Part shown: in pieces, positions 11,817 to 22,413 of the stretch | How the letters are laid out: every line of letters begins with the position of its first letter | Numbering within the stretch: position 1 is the first letter of the stretch | DNA from: Blepharisma stoltei ATCC 30299 | Lineage: Eukaryota > Protista > Ciliophora | DNA length: 64,000 nt | Assembly (NCBI GenBank): GCA_965603825.1 | Contig: CBFDEM010000036.1 | Coordinates: forward strand, 744,001 to 808,000 | Reading direction: 5' to 3' | Notes under the pieces: generated by a model | Databases searched by the model: none | The model's input: only the letters and a program-made list of their open reading frames with translations | What the model was told of the DNA's origin: nothing | Position numbers and translations under genes: made by a program

Positions 11817-14800
11817 ATGTACTTGACAGAAATTGAACAAATCTTGGTGACTGTCTTGGGAAAAGAAGAAGTTCCTCTTAAGACTTATACAAACAAGAAA
11901 AAATTGCTTGATCAATGGCTTGTTGATGCTGCAGCCACACGAAAATTTTGCTATACGAAAATAGAACAAATGATAGCAGCAGAAAGCTGTGATGAAGAAT
12001 TCGCTAGGCTTTATTTAGAATGGACTTCGCAATTAAACGAAAATCCGAGATGTGGAATCCCAGCCCCTGAGAAGCCTAAAAGGCCATATTCAGATAACCC
12101 AAGAGCTACATATATTTTACACAAATTCATCAAAATTTTCGATTCAAGAGAGCATGAATTTAAGAAAACCGCAATTATTAAATTTCTATTTCACGAACAC
12201 AATGAAAAGAGCAAGAGCACAATGGCGTTTTTAAAGGCAAAAATTCAATATTTGCACTTTCAAAAACTTGTGGAGTGCTATAATAAAAGACTCTGAATGG
12301 AAAAATTCTTTAAAGCCCAACAATTTCATAAATTTCGCAGGCAAACTCTTCTTGCATCTTTTAATCAAGATAAAGGCAAAATGATCGAAAAAAGGAAAAA
12401 AAATTTTTTATCTAATATTTTGACTGCTTATTATAAGAGAGCCATGCTTGTTTATTTTAACGCTTTTGTAGCAAAATGCATAAAGAGAAAAAGCAAAGCA
12501 ATTTTATGCAAATCAATGCTTTTAAGGAGGCAATTGAGAGAAAAATTCAATGGTTTCCAGTGCTATAAATTAAAGACTATTGATTGGAAATCATATGAAA
12601 AACTAAAAAAAAATGAAGAAAGAGTAGCTCAGATTGAAAAAAATAGCAAATTCAAAAGAAAATTAGAACTATTGAGTATGCTGAAAATGGGAATTTATAA
12701 AAGGATTAATGAAGCACTATTTATTTGGGAAAATTATGTTGGAGCTGTCAAATTGGATCAAGCAAAAGCAGAGAAAACTTTTTTTGAGCTTCAAAATGTA
12801 GTTAAAAAATATGCAATAAAAAAATCTCGAATTCTTTTGAAATCAATACTTCGATTTAAAGCCAATTTGAACAATAAAAATAAGGCACTTTATAGAGCTG
12901 TAAGCATCCTATCTCAATTCAATAGACTAATCCTATCAAGAGCTGTGTCAAGATGATCGACAAACCTAATAGATAAGGAAAATCAAGAAATTAAACATCA
13001 GAAAAACAACCTAGAGAGCAATAATGAAAATTTAAAAAAGCTGGTCAAAAATATGAATGATGAAATGATTTATTCTAAACTGAGCCTTTCTCAAAAAATT
13101 GATGAATTAATGTCGCAAAATATCGAAAAAGAGCAAATACAGGTCGAGCTGCAGAAAGAAGTCCAGTTACTTTTGGTCGAGAACCAGCTAAAAGATGAAG
13201 AGCAAAAGCAATTAATTTCGAAAAAAGCAGTACAAACTTTTAAATTAATTCTTATGAGAAGACAGATTTTGTTTACATCATGCTTTTCTAAATGGAAATT
13301 CGAGTCGATGAAAACGAGAATGCATTTAGAAAATCAAAAGAAGCTAAAACTGGACAAAACCAATTTCAAGCTTATACAAATGTGATACAATATGAGTACT
13401 CAAAGATGAACTAAAATAATGAGTCGCGCATTCTCCCAATTTCAGATAAATTCAAGCCTAGTTGCTCATAAGCGATATATTTGAAGAAAATGAATTTTAA
13501 AATATTTTGATTTTGAGCAATCCAGAAAAATAAAATTCATAAAAAAATGGAATGAAAAAGTTAAGGACATTCATATGAAAATCAAATTTAGCTTTTTAAG
13601 TAAAGCTCTAGAAAGAAGATTTATTAATATGAGTGCTGGCTTTAAGAAATTTAAAACGATTTTAGATGCAGGATACACACTAAAACAAATTAACACCAAG
13701 AAAAAGCTAGAATTCCTTCTTCATTCATATTCAAAAGGAGTTAATATGAATACTTATAAATATTTTGAAAAATTTAAGCAGCAAATACAAAAAATAAGAA
13801 AAGGAGAAAATTTATTAAATAGATCATTTATATGCATAGAAAAAGAAACAAAAGTAATAATATCAAAATTTTTTGAAAAAATAAGGAGATATTCTTTGGA
13901 AAAGAAAAATTCTGATATTTTTAATTCTCTAGTTGAAAAACAATTAAAATCTGCAGAAGAGGAAAAGCTTAATAGCAAATGAATGCTAGAGAAAAGAAAG
14001 AAAGATTTTTTGAAGTATTTTTCTATGAAAACTAATTTTCGGATGAAAAAAGCATTCGACATACTGGCACAAGAAATTAGAAAACAAATTGACAAAGAGC
14101 AAATGTGGAGGAGGCTAGAAGTTCAAGGCTTTCAAATAAAATGCATGCAAAAATGAATTAATAGGATAGGCAATAGACAAAACTATATGAAATATGCGTT
14201 TTTGCAATATAAGCTAAACGTATTAAAATCAAAGAACGAAGCAAAAAAAGATGAAAAGTTAATAAGAAATGCATGTGGAAAACTTTATAGACTAGTTGAA
14301 GCTAAAAGGCAAAAAGAAAATGCTAAAAAAGTCATCATCAGAGGCCAAACCCAAATTGGGGGACTGATAAAAGAATCCTTAAAGAAATGGGCGTTTATAT
14401 CTAAAAATAGCCCTGAGGAGACTGAAAGCATAGTATGTGATGAGCTAAATGGCCAAATAAATCCAAAAAAAACAAAAATAAGCCATATGTCCGCAAAACA
14501 ATTGCATAAGTTAGGAAGACCTAATGATAAAATCGAGAAACAAAAAGATTTAATCTTAAGGCGACTTACTTCAATACGATCAAAGCTTATAAACAAATCA
14601 AAATTAGTTCAAAAAATAGACACCAGCTTTGAAAGCCCTCTCAATAATCTTTATCATCAAATCTTTCTCAAAACAACCGCGCTATATTTACTCCCAAATA
14701 CTTTAAATCACAAAAAAGTCGAAAACTTAGAATTAGAAAAAAATTACTACACAAATGTGCTTGATCAGCTACACATAAAACTAAATGAGCTGCATCGAAG

Positions 14801-15191
14801 TGTAAATTTTAAGAAAAAAGAGCTTTTAGAACTACAAAAAAAGAAAAAAGAGCTGCCTGAAAAACTTAAAACCATAAAAAGAGAGAAGGAGCAAACTGAT
14901 GAGAAAATTGAGAAGCTTATAGCTGCAGTAAAATACTTAAGAGAACCAAAAATCGGCAGGAAAATAGCTTCAAAAGAAGCAAATAAACGAGTCCCAATAA
15001 ATTTGAAGCTTGAAAACGATAAATATCTTTCAGAGAAAAAACCTGAAAAAATAAGATCCAGATTTGATAAACCGCTTCCACAGCCAATTCTTGAAGTAAA
15101 ATCATCAAAAGTCAACCTAATTGAATTTGCAATTATCAGCTTTATTATCGGTTTTTCCTTAAACTGGCTTTTACGATATCACATTAATTAA
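11817..15191 (+). CDS. large basic helical protein with Sfi1-like F/LxxW repeats and C-terminal TM (1124 aa)
   Basis: Five track ORFs share one frame, separated only by 8 TGA (12294, 12954, 13383, 13407, 13482, 13491, 13980, 14154). Motifs LFIWE, FSKWK, IKKWN, LKKWA; tail FAIISFIIGFSLNWLL. Confidence 0.8.
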
Positions 15192-15613
15192 TTCTCTTTA
15201 GTTTCATCAATGAGTGACTTAAGCATTTGATCTTTTGTGGACGGGTCTTCTACAAACTGTTCAGTTCTCCCCAAAGCTTGGATTGAAAGTCTTTGTACAA
15301 CAGGTGGGTGTTTCGTTCCTTTTATCATCAAATCTTTAATAACCTTTTCTATTCTCTCCTGTTTTAATAGCTGATCTAATAAATCTACAGTTTTATTCTG
15401 GACAGCGGGGTTTTCGAAGACATGTCTTCAAAAGACTCTTTTGAAGTTACTGTCACACATCTCAATTACGTGTTCTTGGTTTAGCTCGTGCTTTACTTGG
15501 GATTTTACTTTTTTCACTATACAACTTTCCAAAAAATTATCGATTTTGTCACGGTTATAATAAGCTCAGCCCATTGCACCAGTTATCCCACCCAATCCGA
15601 CTGCCAGCATCAT
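15188..15613 (-). CDS. small protein with N-terminal hydrophobic segment (141 aa), absent from ORF track
   Basis: MMLAVGLGGITGAMG(W)AYYNRDKIDNF...ETKEN-TAA; open for 142 codons with two TGA; fills the gap between two genes exactly. Confidence 0.7.
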
Positions 15614-15622
15614 TTTTATAAA

Positions 15623-16831
15623 ATGAACGAAATTGACACAAATGGAGTCCAGGCAGAATCAGACTCAGAAAAACCTAAAAAGCCGCACAAAACCAAAGAT
15701 TCTGAGTTCGGACTGGTCAAACGTGAACTCCTCCATACTCTCAAACTTAAACACAGCCAACGTAAACTAATTGTGAGTAGCATTCCTTTAGATTCCACTG
15801 AAGCTGAGCTTCAGAATTTATTTAACACAGCTTTAGAAACTTTATACCCAGGAACTCCGCCTATCTCCTCTGTAACTTTATCAGAAGATAAAACCCATGC
15901 AATCTTAGAATTCAAAACAAAAGATCAGCTTACCAATTGCCTTTTATTAGATGGAATTGAATTCCGAGGCAGAAGACTTAAGCTAATGAAGCATAAAGCG
16001 TATCTTAGCCATAGGGTCATGGAGATGAAAAAAGAGATCCGAGACAAAGAAAAACAAGAAAAAGAAACAGAAGAAATCATGAATTGCACAATTTTCCCGA
16101 ACCATGATAATAGAATTTTTATGGGAAATCTGCCTACGAATTTACCTGAAGAAGATGTAAGATTAATGGTAGAAAGTTTTGGAAAGTTAAAAAATTTTAG
16201 CTTGGTGAAATCAGCTGCTGTCGGTGGACAATCGAGAGGGTTTTGCTTTTTTGAGTATTGGGATCCGAGGATTACTGATAAGGCTATAGAGCAGCTGAAT
16301 CAGCTAGAAATTGGAGATAGGAGAGTAAAAGTGCAGAGAGCGAGCCAAGGACAGCCAAACAACCCACTTGCAATACAAGGTCCAAAATACTCAGCTAAGA
16401 AGAAGTTTAGCGAATCTTTATTTAAAAATGGTCCATCAGGGATACTTACTGGGCTAACACCATTACAGCTTCAAAATATCCAAGCTTGTCTTGCTGTTCC
16501 AGTTCATGCGGTAACTCCTTCTAGGTGTCTTTGTTTACTGAATTTAGTAGACCCTCAAGATTTAGTTGATGAGTCTGACTATCAAGACATTTACAGTGAC
16601 ATCTGGCAAGAATGCTGGCGTCACGGTATCGTAGAAAGCGTCTTTATTCCAAGGCCAGACTTAGAAACCCTTCAAATAGACTCAAATGTGGGCAAAATTT
16701 ACATAAAATTCGTCGACATCACTGGAGCCAAAAAAGCGAAATACAATTTGTCAGGGAAAACCTTCAACAAGAGAACTGTCATAATTAGTTTTTATCCTGA
16801 GCACTGGTATGCAGCAGGAGAATTTGTTTAA
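15623..16831 (+). CDS. U2AF2: U2AF large subunit (U2AF65)-like: RRM1-RRM2-UHM (402 aa)
   Basis: LEF..LDGIEFRGRRLK (RRM1), IFMGNLP/RGFCFFEY (RRM2), CLLNLV..VGKIYIKF..LSGKTFNKRTV (UHM). ATG at 15623 follows TATAAA. Confidence 0.82.
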   Translation: MNEIDTNGVQAESDSEKPKKPHKTKDSEFGLVKRELLHTLKLKHSQRKLIVSSIPLDSTEAELQNLFNTALETLYPGTPPISSVTLSEDKTHAILEFKTKDQLTNCLLLDGIEFRGRRLKLMKHKAYLSHRVMEMKKEIRDKEKQEKETEEIMNCTIFPNHDNRIFMGNLPTNLPEEDVRLMVESFGKLKNFSLVKSAAVGGQSRGFCFFEYWDPRITDKAIEQLNQLEIGDRRVKVQRASQGQPNNPLAIQGPKYSAKKKFSESLFKNGPSGILTGLTPLQLQNIQACLAVPVHAVTPSRCLCLLNLVDPQDLVDESDYQDIYSDIWQECWRHGIVESVFIPRPDLETLQIDSNVGKIYIKFVDITGAKKAKYNLSGKTFNKRTVIISFYPEHWYAAGEFV

Positions 16832-16850
16832 AAATTTATAATAAATCTAT

Positions 16851-17873
16851 TTATTCTAACGCTTCCATACATATCATTAAGCCTACTCCAATGCAGAAGA
16901 AAATGACTTCCCAGATCAAGTTGGACTTGTTGTGTTGATCTTTAAGAGAACCCAGCATAGACGCTAGCCCAATATAAAGGAAATTTCCGACAACTAAAGG
17001 AAGGACTATTTGTTCCATAGCTTCTAAGTTTCCATAGTTCGAGGCAATATAAGAGCCTGCTAGTGAACCGACTCCTGTTAATAAATTGAAAAATAAACTT
17101 TTTTTGAGAGAGTAGCCAGAGTTCAAAAATGCGATAAAATCACCAACTTCATGGGCGATTTCATGGAAAAATATTGCAAATGTGGTGGTTACGCCTAAAA
17201 TAGTGCTGATAGAGAAGCTTGCACCGATTGCCATGCCATCTGTAGTGTTGTGGAGAATATCAGCTAATAGAAGTAATACTGAGTTGTGCTTTTTTCCGTG
17301 GTCTTTGCCATGCTCTTTTTCATCGTGATCATGTCCCATCAGTCTATCCAATATATAAAATCCTAGCATCCCTGACAAAATTAATAATTGTGCTTTTTGA
17401 GTCAAATCAGTGCTGGGAAGCAAATGCATTACGACATCTCCTAACAATGCGCCAGATGCAAAGCCCATTAAAGAACTAAGCAATTCATCTGTTAGCATGT
17501 TTAAGCTTCTTAATATTCCAATGAAAATAAACACAAAAATAGCTGCTAATGTGGTAAATACAGAAGCGATCAGCGATGAATTGACTTTTCCAAGACTATC
17601 AAGAGTTTTCAGCACGCTGTGCAAATAGAGATTGCTTTTAATATATTCTTCGAAGTATGAAGGCATTAAATCATCTTCATGTGAATGAGAATGGTCGTGA
17701 TCGTGATCATGAGAATGGCTGTGACCATGAGAGTGACCGTGAGAATGGTCATGTGCATGCCCGTGGTCATGACTATGAGCATCCTTTGCTAGATTTGGCT
17801 TATTTTCATGATGAATGTGGGCAGATATCAGAACAGCGAGCAGAAATAGAATGAGGATCCTTTTGTTCACCAT
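16851..17873 (-). CDS. ZIP family zinc transporter, ZIP7/KE4-like with His-rich N-terminus
   Basis: Signal peptide, (HD/HS/HG)n tract, FASGALLGD, ADILHNTTDGMAIG, HEIAHEVGDF. Confidence 0.92.
   Translation of the reverse strand: MVNKRILILFLLAVLISAHIHHENKPNLAKDAHSHDHGHAHDHSHGHSHGHSHSHDHDHDHSHSHEDDLMPSYFEEYIKSNLYLHSVLKTLDSLGKVNSSLIASVFTTLAAIFVFIFIGILRSLNMLTDELLSSLMGFASGALLGDVVMHLLPSTDLTQKAQLLILSGMLGFYILDRLMGHDHDEKEHGKDHGKKHNSVLLLLADILHNTTDGMAIGASFSISTILGVTTTFAIFFHEIAHEVGDFIAFLNSGYSLKKSLFFNLLTGVGSLAGSYIASNYGNLEAMEQIVLPLVVGNFLYIGLASMLGSLKDQHNKSNLIWEVIFFCIGVGLMICMEALE
17670..17785 (-). repeat. His-rich coding low-complexity repeat (HX)n in the ZIP transporter
   Basis: HSHDHGHAHDHSHGHSHGHSHSHDHDHDHSHSHE. 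Confidence 0.85.
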
Positions 17874-17992
17874 AATAATATTGTATTATTCTAACATTAC
17901 GTGCATTTAATTTGTAAATCCCCACCCATCTATTTTTAAATTCTAATTTATTTCTAAACTCCTAAAATAATGTCGGTTTTCTAATAATTTAA

Positions 17993-19921
17993 ATGGACGC
18001 TGAAATCTTGCAAGGCCCAGACTGTGTCAAAGGCAAGCAAACCATCAAAGAAAGCAAAGGCCACTTAGAGCGCCAGAAGCGCGCAACCTGGGATGAAGTT
18101 TCCCGCATCCGAATTGAAGCAGATGACCTTGAAAACAAGCGTCGCCAAAAAGAAGACAAGCGAAGGGTTGATCGTTACCAAATGATCCGCAATGAGACCA
18201 TTCAAAGCTCTACAAAAAATGAAGCAGCCCAAATCAAATGGGACGACTTATTAAGCCTTGAAAACTGCGAAGAGCTTTTTGAGAAAATCCAAGAACAAAA
18301 GCGAGAATGCATGGACATCATAGAAACCAAGCAAAAACTTATAGAGGAATTCATAGAAGAGCTTAAAGAAAAAGACGCTTTTTATGTGAAGTCTTTGGCA
18401 AAACAAGAAGAAGATATTGATAAAATCATCGAACTCATGAGAAAGCAATACACGACTATGAGAGATGAGTATGCCACACAATTGCAAGTAATTGAAGATG
18501 CGTTTTTAGCTGAAAGAGCCGAATTGCTTAATGCAAATAGACAGGAAATTGATGAGCTGTTTAAGAGGCACAGAGAATTAGAAGAAAAGTACAATTATGA
18601 CCGCCTGGCAATGGAAGAAGCTAATGCAGACGAGCTCGAAAATAAGAGAGAAGATGACGCCAATAATCTGCAACGCACAAAAGTGTCAGTAGAAAACAAT
18701 TTGCAAGCTTTGGAAACTTATATGGAAGAAATGAAAGCTGTTTATCAGCTGAATCTGGAAAAACTCTCTTATAATGTAAAAATTCTGCAAGAAAGAGCTA
18801 GTGAAAATGAAACTACAATCAGTGATTTGACTAGAAGGAAGCGAAATTTAAAGACAAGCTACCTGAATTTAAACGCAAAAGTAGAGAAAAAAGAAGAAGA
18901 ATTTATGAGGGCCAATGCAGCGCTAACTGATAAGTTCAAAAAAATGTCAAAAGCGTTTAACGAACTAAGGAAAAAATTCAGGCACTTTGAAAAAGCAGAT
19001 ACACAGAGGTTTAATGAAATCTGGGCTATGAATGAAGCAGAAGTAAAAGATTTAGCAAGCAAAGTACTGAAATGTGACAAAATCATATATGAGCAGCAGC
19101 TAGGGCTACAATGGGCGCCTCCTGAAGATTCATCTTTAAATATTGACATAGGGAGTGTCAGTGAACATTCTTCAAAAGTAAAAGAAGACTCAGTAAGCAA
19201 GCAGCCCAGCACTATTCAAGTTTCTATGGGAAAAATCAAACAAGTATTTTCAATGCTTGTAAGCGAATGCTCTTTCTTATTAGAAGATAAAGTCAGAGAT
19301 CAATGCATCGGAAAATCAGAAAAAGAACAATTTACCTTAAAAATCGACTCAATAAGGAAAACTCTTGGAATCGAGACAATGGACGATGTACAAACACTGA
19401 TAAACTTGTTTTATGATCAGTCTTCTAATAGAAGAGATGAGCTTTATGAAAGCGATTTAGACCCAGGAGAAAGCATAGATCCTGACATTTTGATGGTTCA
19501 CCCTGACCAAGTCATTGAAATATTAAATGAATTCAATGAAGTTAAAAATGAAAGAAAAGGAGGAGGCTCAGTCAATAAAGGAAATGAAGCTAGTGCACTT
19601 TCAATGAAATCTATGTCAGCGAACACAGAAAAAGAAAGGAGGGCGAAAATATTAGAAGACGAAAAAAAGCATTGGGAAAATTTAGGGAATATTTTGGCTG
19701 AAAAACATTTAAGGGTATGGAAAGCACTTGAAAGAGCTTTCCAGCTTTATTATACGCTGCTTCAGGATAGACAGAATTTAGTAGAAGAGACTGGAGTTTT
19801 ACATCAGCAGAATGAAGAGCTGAAATCACTATTGCAGCAATATTTACAAGCAGGGGTAAACCAAGAGCTGCAAGTGCCTCCAACACAGATGTTGAGAATT
19901 GGAGAAGATGAAGAAGATTAA
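17993..19921 (+). CDS. DRC1: dynein regulatory complex subunit 1 (CCDC164)
   Basis: YQLNLEKLSYN, RFNEIWAMNE, DKIIYEQQLGLQW, C-terminal NEELKSLLQQYL..VNQELQVPPTQ. Confidence 0.9.
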   Translation: MDAEILQGPDCVKGKQTIKESKGHLERQKRATWDEVSRIRIEADDLENKRRQKEDKRRVDRYQMIRNETIQSSTKNEAAQIKWDDLLSLENCEELFEKIQEQKRECMDIIETKQKLIEEFIEELKEKDAFYVKSLAKQEEDIDKIIELMRKQYTTMRDEYATQLQVIEDAFLAERAELLNANRQEIDELFKRHRELEEKYNYDRLAMEEANADELENKREDDANNLQRTKVSVENNLQALETYMEEMKAVYQLNLEKLSYNVKILQERASENETTISDLTRRKRNLKTSYLNLNAKVEKKEEEFMRANAALTDKFKKMSKAFNELRKKFRHFEKADTQRFNEIWAMNEAEVKDLASKVLKCDKIIYEQQLGLQWAPPEDSSLNIDIGSVSEHSSKVKEDSVSKQPSTIQVSMGKIKQVFSMLVSECSFLLEDKVRDQCIGKSEKEQFTLKIDSIRKTLGIETMDDVQTLINLFYDQSSNRRDELYESDLDPGESIDPDILMVHPDQVIEILNEFNEVKNERKGGGSVNKGNEASALSMKSMSANTEKERRAKILEDEKKHWENLGNILAEKHLRVWKALERAFQLYYTLLQDRQNLVEETGVLHQQNEELKSLLQQYLQAGVNQELQVPPTQMLRIGEDEED

Positions 19922-19959
19922 GTTTTATGAATTTTAATATTTTTATAATATGATTTTTA

Positions 19960-20196
19960 TTACTGCTTCAGTCTCCCAGACTTGACCATCACTAGTCCGA
20001 TAAACGTAAATAAAATTGTGATTCCAGAAATCAAAACCAATGAGGGGATCAAAAACGCCCATTCTCTTTCTGGAAAATAGTTTTGGATTCAGTGTCCTTT
20101 GTCAACGAAAGGTGTGACGATGATTCAAAGTGTATAGTAAAAAAATAAACTTCCTCCGATTCCTGTTACTGCAAATCCTAGACTCTTATTTGACAT
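19960..20196 (-). CDS. DPM2: dolichol-phosphate-mannose synthase regulatory subunit DPM2 (78 aa), absent from ORF track
   Basis: FFYYTL(W)IIVTPFVDKGH(W)IQNYFPEREWAFLIP matches the DPM2 YYTxW..PF.D..H....YF pattern; two TMs; the conserved W is encoded by TGA. Confidence 0.88.
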
Positions 20197-20467
20197 TTTT
20201 ACAATTTATAAATTGAATTTATTTTAAATATTCAAATCACTATAATAATTATTTGAAGCAAGATTTATAAAATTAGCTTTAAATTTTTATTTATAATGAT
20301 TTTTTCATAGTTGCAACAAACTCTTAACATTTTTGGCATTATCTGCTATCGATACTTTTCTAAAAAATATTGTCATTTTGCAATAGAAAAGTCCCAACAA
20401 AACAAAATGACATCAAATTGTGCGCCACAATTATAATTATAAATATCAGAAAAATCAAATACCCAAA

Positions 20468-21799
20468 ATGCAAACTCCAAAAAAATCATTTGATACTCTA
20501 CCTCAGCACAGACTGTCTAAATCAACGAGTTCCAAAAATTCACCTTCTGTAGATGAAGGAGGAAGATTCATTCCGAATCGAGTTCATTCAAACCTAAAAC
20601 TTTTATTTGAAAAAGCAGAAAGAGAGACTAATGAATCTCCGCAAAAAGAAGAAGGAAGCCAAGCTTTTTCTGATCTCGTGCACTCACAGCTTTTTGGGTT
20701 CCACCCCATTAGCAGCGAAGTCCAAAGAAACCTCCTTCGCTATAAGCCTGAAACAAATGCGTTTGAGAATAAAGAAAACATGCCTTTGTTTCCAATTTTC
20801 CCAACCCATCAGATGGTAATGGATTCTCCTCGGAACTTACCTAAACTTCCTTACAAAATCCTAGATGCTCCACATCTAAAAGATGATTTCTACTATGATG
20901 TCTTAGACTGATCTTCAAAAAACATACTAGCAGTCGGCTTAAACAGCCAAGTTTACCTATGAAACGCAAGTTCCTCACAGGTTTCATTACTTTATGACTT
21001 AGGAGGAGACATGGTAACTTCCCTTAACTGGTCACCATCAGGCAACCATGTTGCATTAGGCACAGAAAGCGGGAAATTAAAAATTTACGACATCCAGCAA
21101 TCGGCACTGCTACAAGAAATGCCTCCTCATATAGCGAGAATAGGGACTATTTCTTGGAATAATATGATGATTTCTACAGGGTCTCGCGATGGGAATATTA
21201 TGAACCGAGACATGAGATCTGGAGAAGTCTGCTCAAGAATTCAAGCCCATCGCCAAGAAATATGCGGAATAAAATGGTCCCCAGATGGCCAATATTTAGC
21301 TTCAGGGGGAAATGACAATAAATTACTACTATGAACAGTCCATAGCACAAATTCTGTAGGGATGCTCAGGGGGCATACTGCAGCTGTAAAAGCTATTGAC
21401 TGGTCTCCTCATCAGAATGGAATTCTTGCCTCAGGTGGAGGGACAGCTGATAAAACTTTGAGGTTTTGGAATACCCATACATTGGAAGAAATTTCTTGTA
21501 TTGATACAAAGTCACAGATCTGCAATATGAGGTTTTCAAAGAATTCCCAAGAATTAGTAACTACACATGGGTACTCACAGAATCATATCATTGTATGGAG
21601 ATACCCGAATATTAAGCAAGTAGGAGTTTTAAATGGACACACCAGTAGGGTCCTGTATCTTTCTATGTCTCCAGACTCTGAAAATATTGTGACTGGAGCT
21701 GGAGATGAAACACTAAGATTTTGGAAACTATTTCCAAAGCAAGAAGATAACCAACAGTTGGTAAGTGCGATGATTTTGAATGTTAATAATTTAAGATAA
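20468..21799 (+). CDS. APC/C activator, Cdh1/Fizzy-related or Cdc20 family WD40 (443 aa)
   Basis: C-box RFIPNR, KEN, PYKILDAP..DDFY..VLD(W)S, VYL(W)N, ASGGGTAD, TTHGYSQN, GAGDETLRFW, LR tail. TGA at 20909, 20960 and 21332. Confidence 0.93.
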
Positions 21800-21950
21800 T
21801 TCATTTTTCAATTGATATCTTTTTTTTCTAAGGTTTTCAGACTCAATTATAAGTTTATTTTTATATGAATATGCTTATTTAGCAGAAGTATAAAGCTAAA
21901 AGCATATAATTTTAAAATAGCAAATTTGGCGGTATGCTAAAATATATAAA

Positions 21951-22370
21951 ATGAAAGAATGAAGGGCTCGGAAAAACTCCTCTTCGATTTCCTTAGCAAA
22001 ATGCAAGGCTAGGTCAACTGGATTTTGGCAAGAAGGCTGGATGCAGGAATATGAAAAAAAATTAAAAAGACTAAGTTTAATTAACCAAGAACTCCAAATC
22101 CAACTCAGAAGCCTCAAAGATAAAAACTCTAAACTAGCTAATACCACTAAAAGACTAAAAAATGGAAAAGAAAACGAAATGTGCTTGATATGCTCACATG
22201 AAGTAAGGAACATAATCTTCATCCCCTGTGGGCATATCCTCTACTGCAATATGTGTACTGAAAACATCGGACTCCCTCTCTCCCACAAAATTCGACCTAC
22301 TCATCCACTATCCAAGTGTGGGCGTTGTCAAGAGACTATTAAAAAAGTGTATTTTGCTTATCCTGATTAA
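21951..22370 (+). CDS. small coiled-coil + C3HC4 RING finger protein (139 aa)
   Basis: CLIC..FIPCGH..YCNMC..CGRC; upstream in-frame ATG 21951 reached through TGA 21960. Confidence 0.78.
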
Positions 22371-22413
22371 TTTTTGTAAAAATAATTTTGAAATCTGTAA
22401 TGAAAACATCAGT

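Noticed and set aside
15488-15622. N-terminal extension of the U2AF65-like ORF from a GTG start
   Set aside because: Non-ATG start that overlaps the - strand gene 15188-15613; ATG 15623 has the typical A-rich context.
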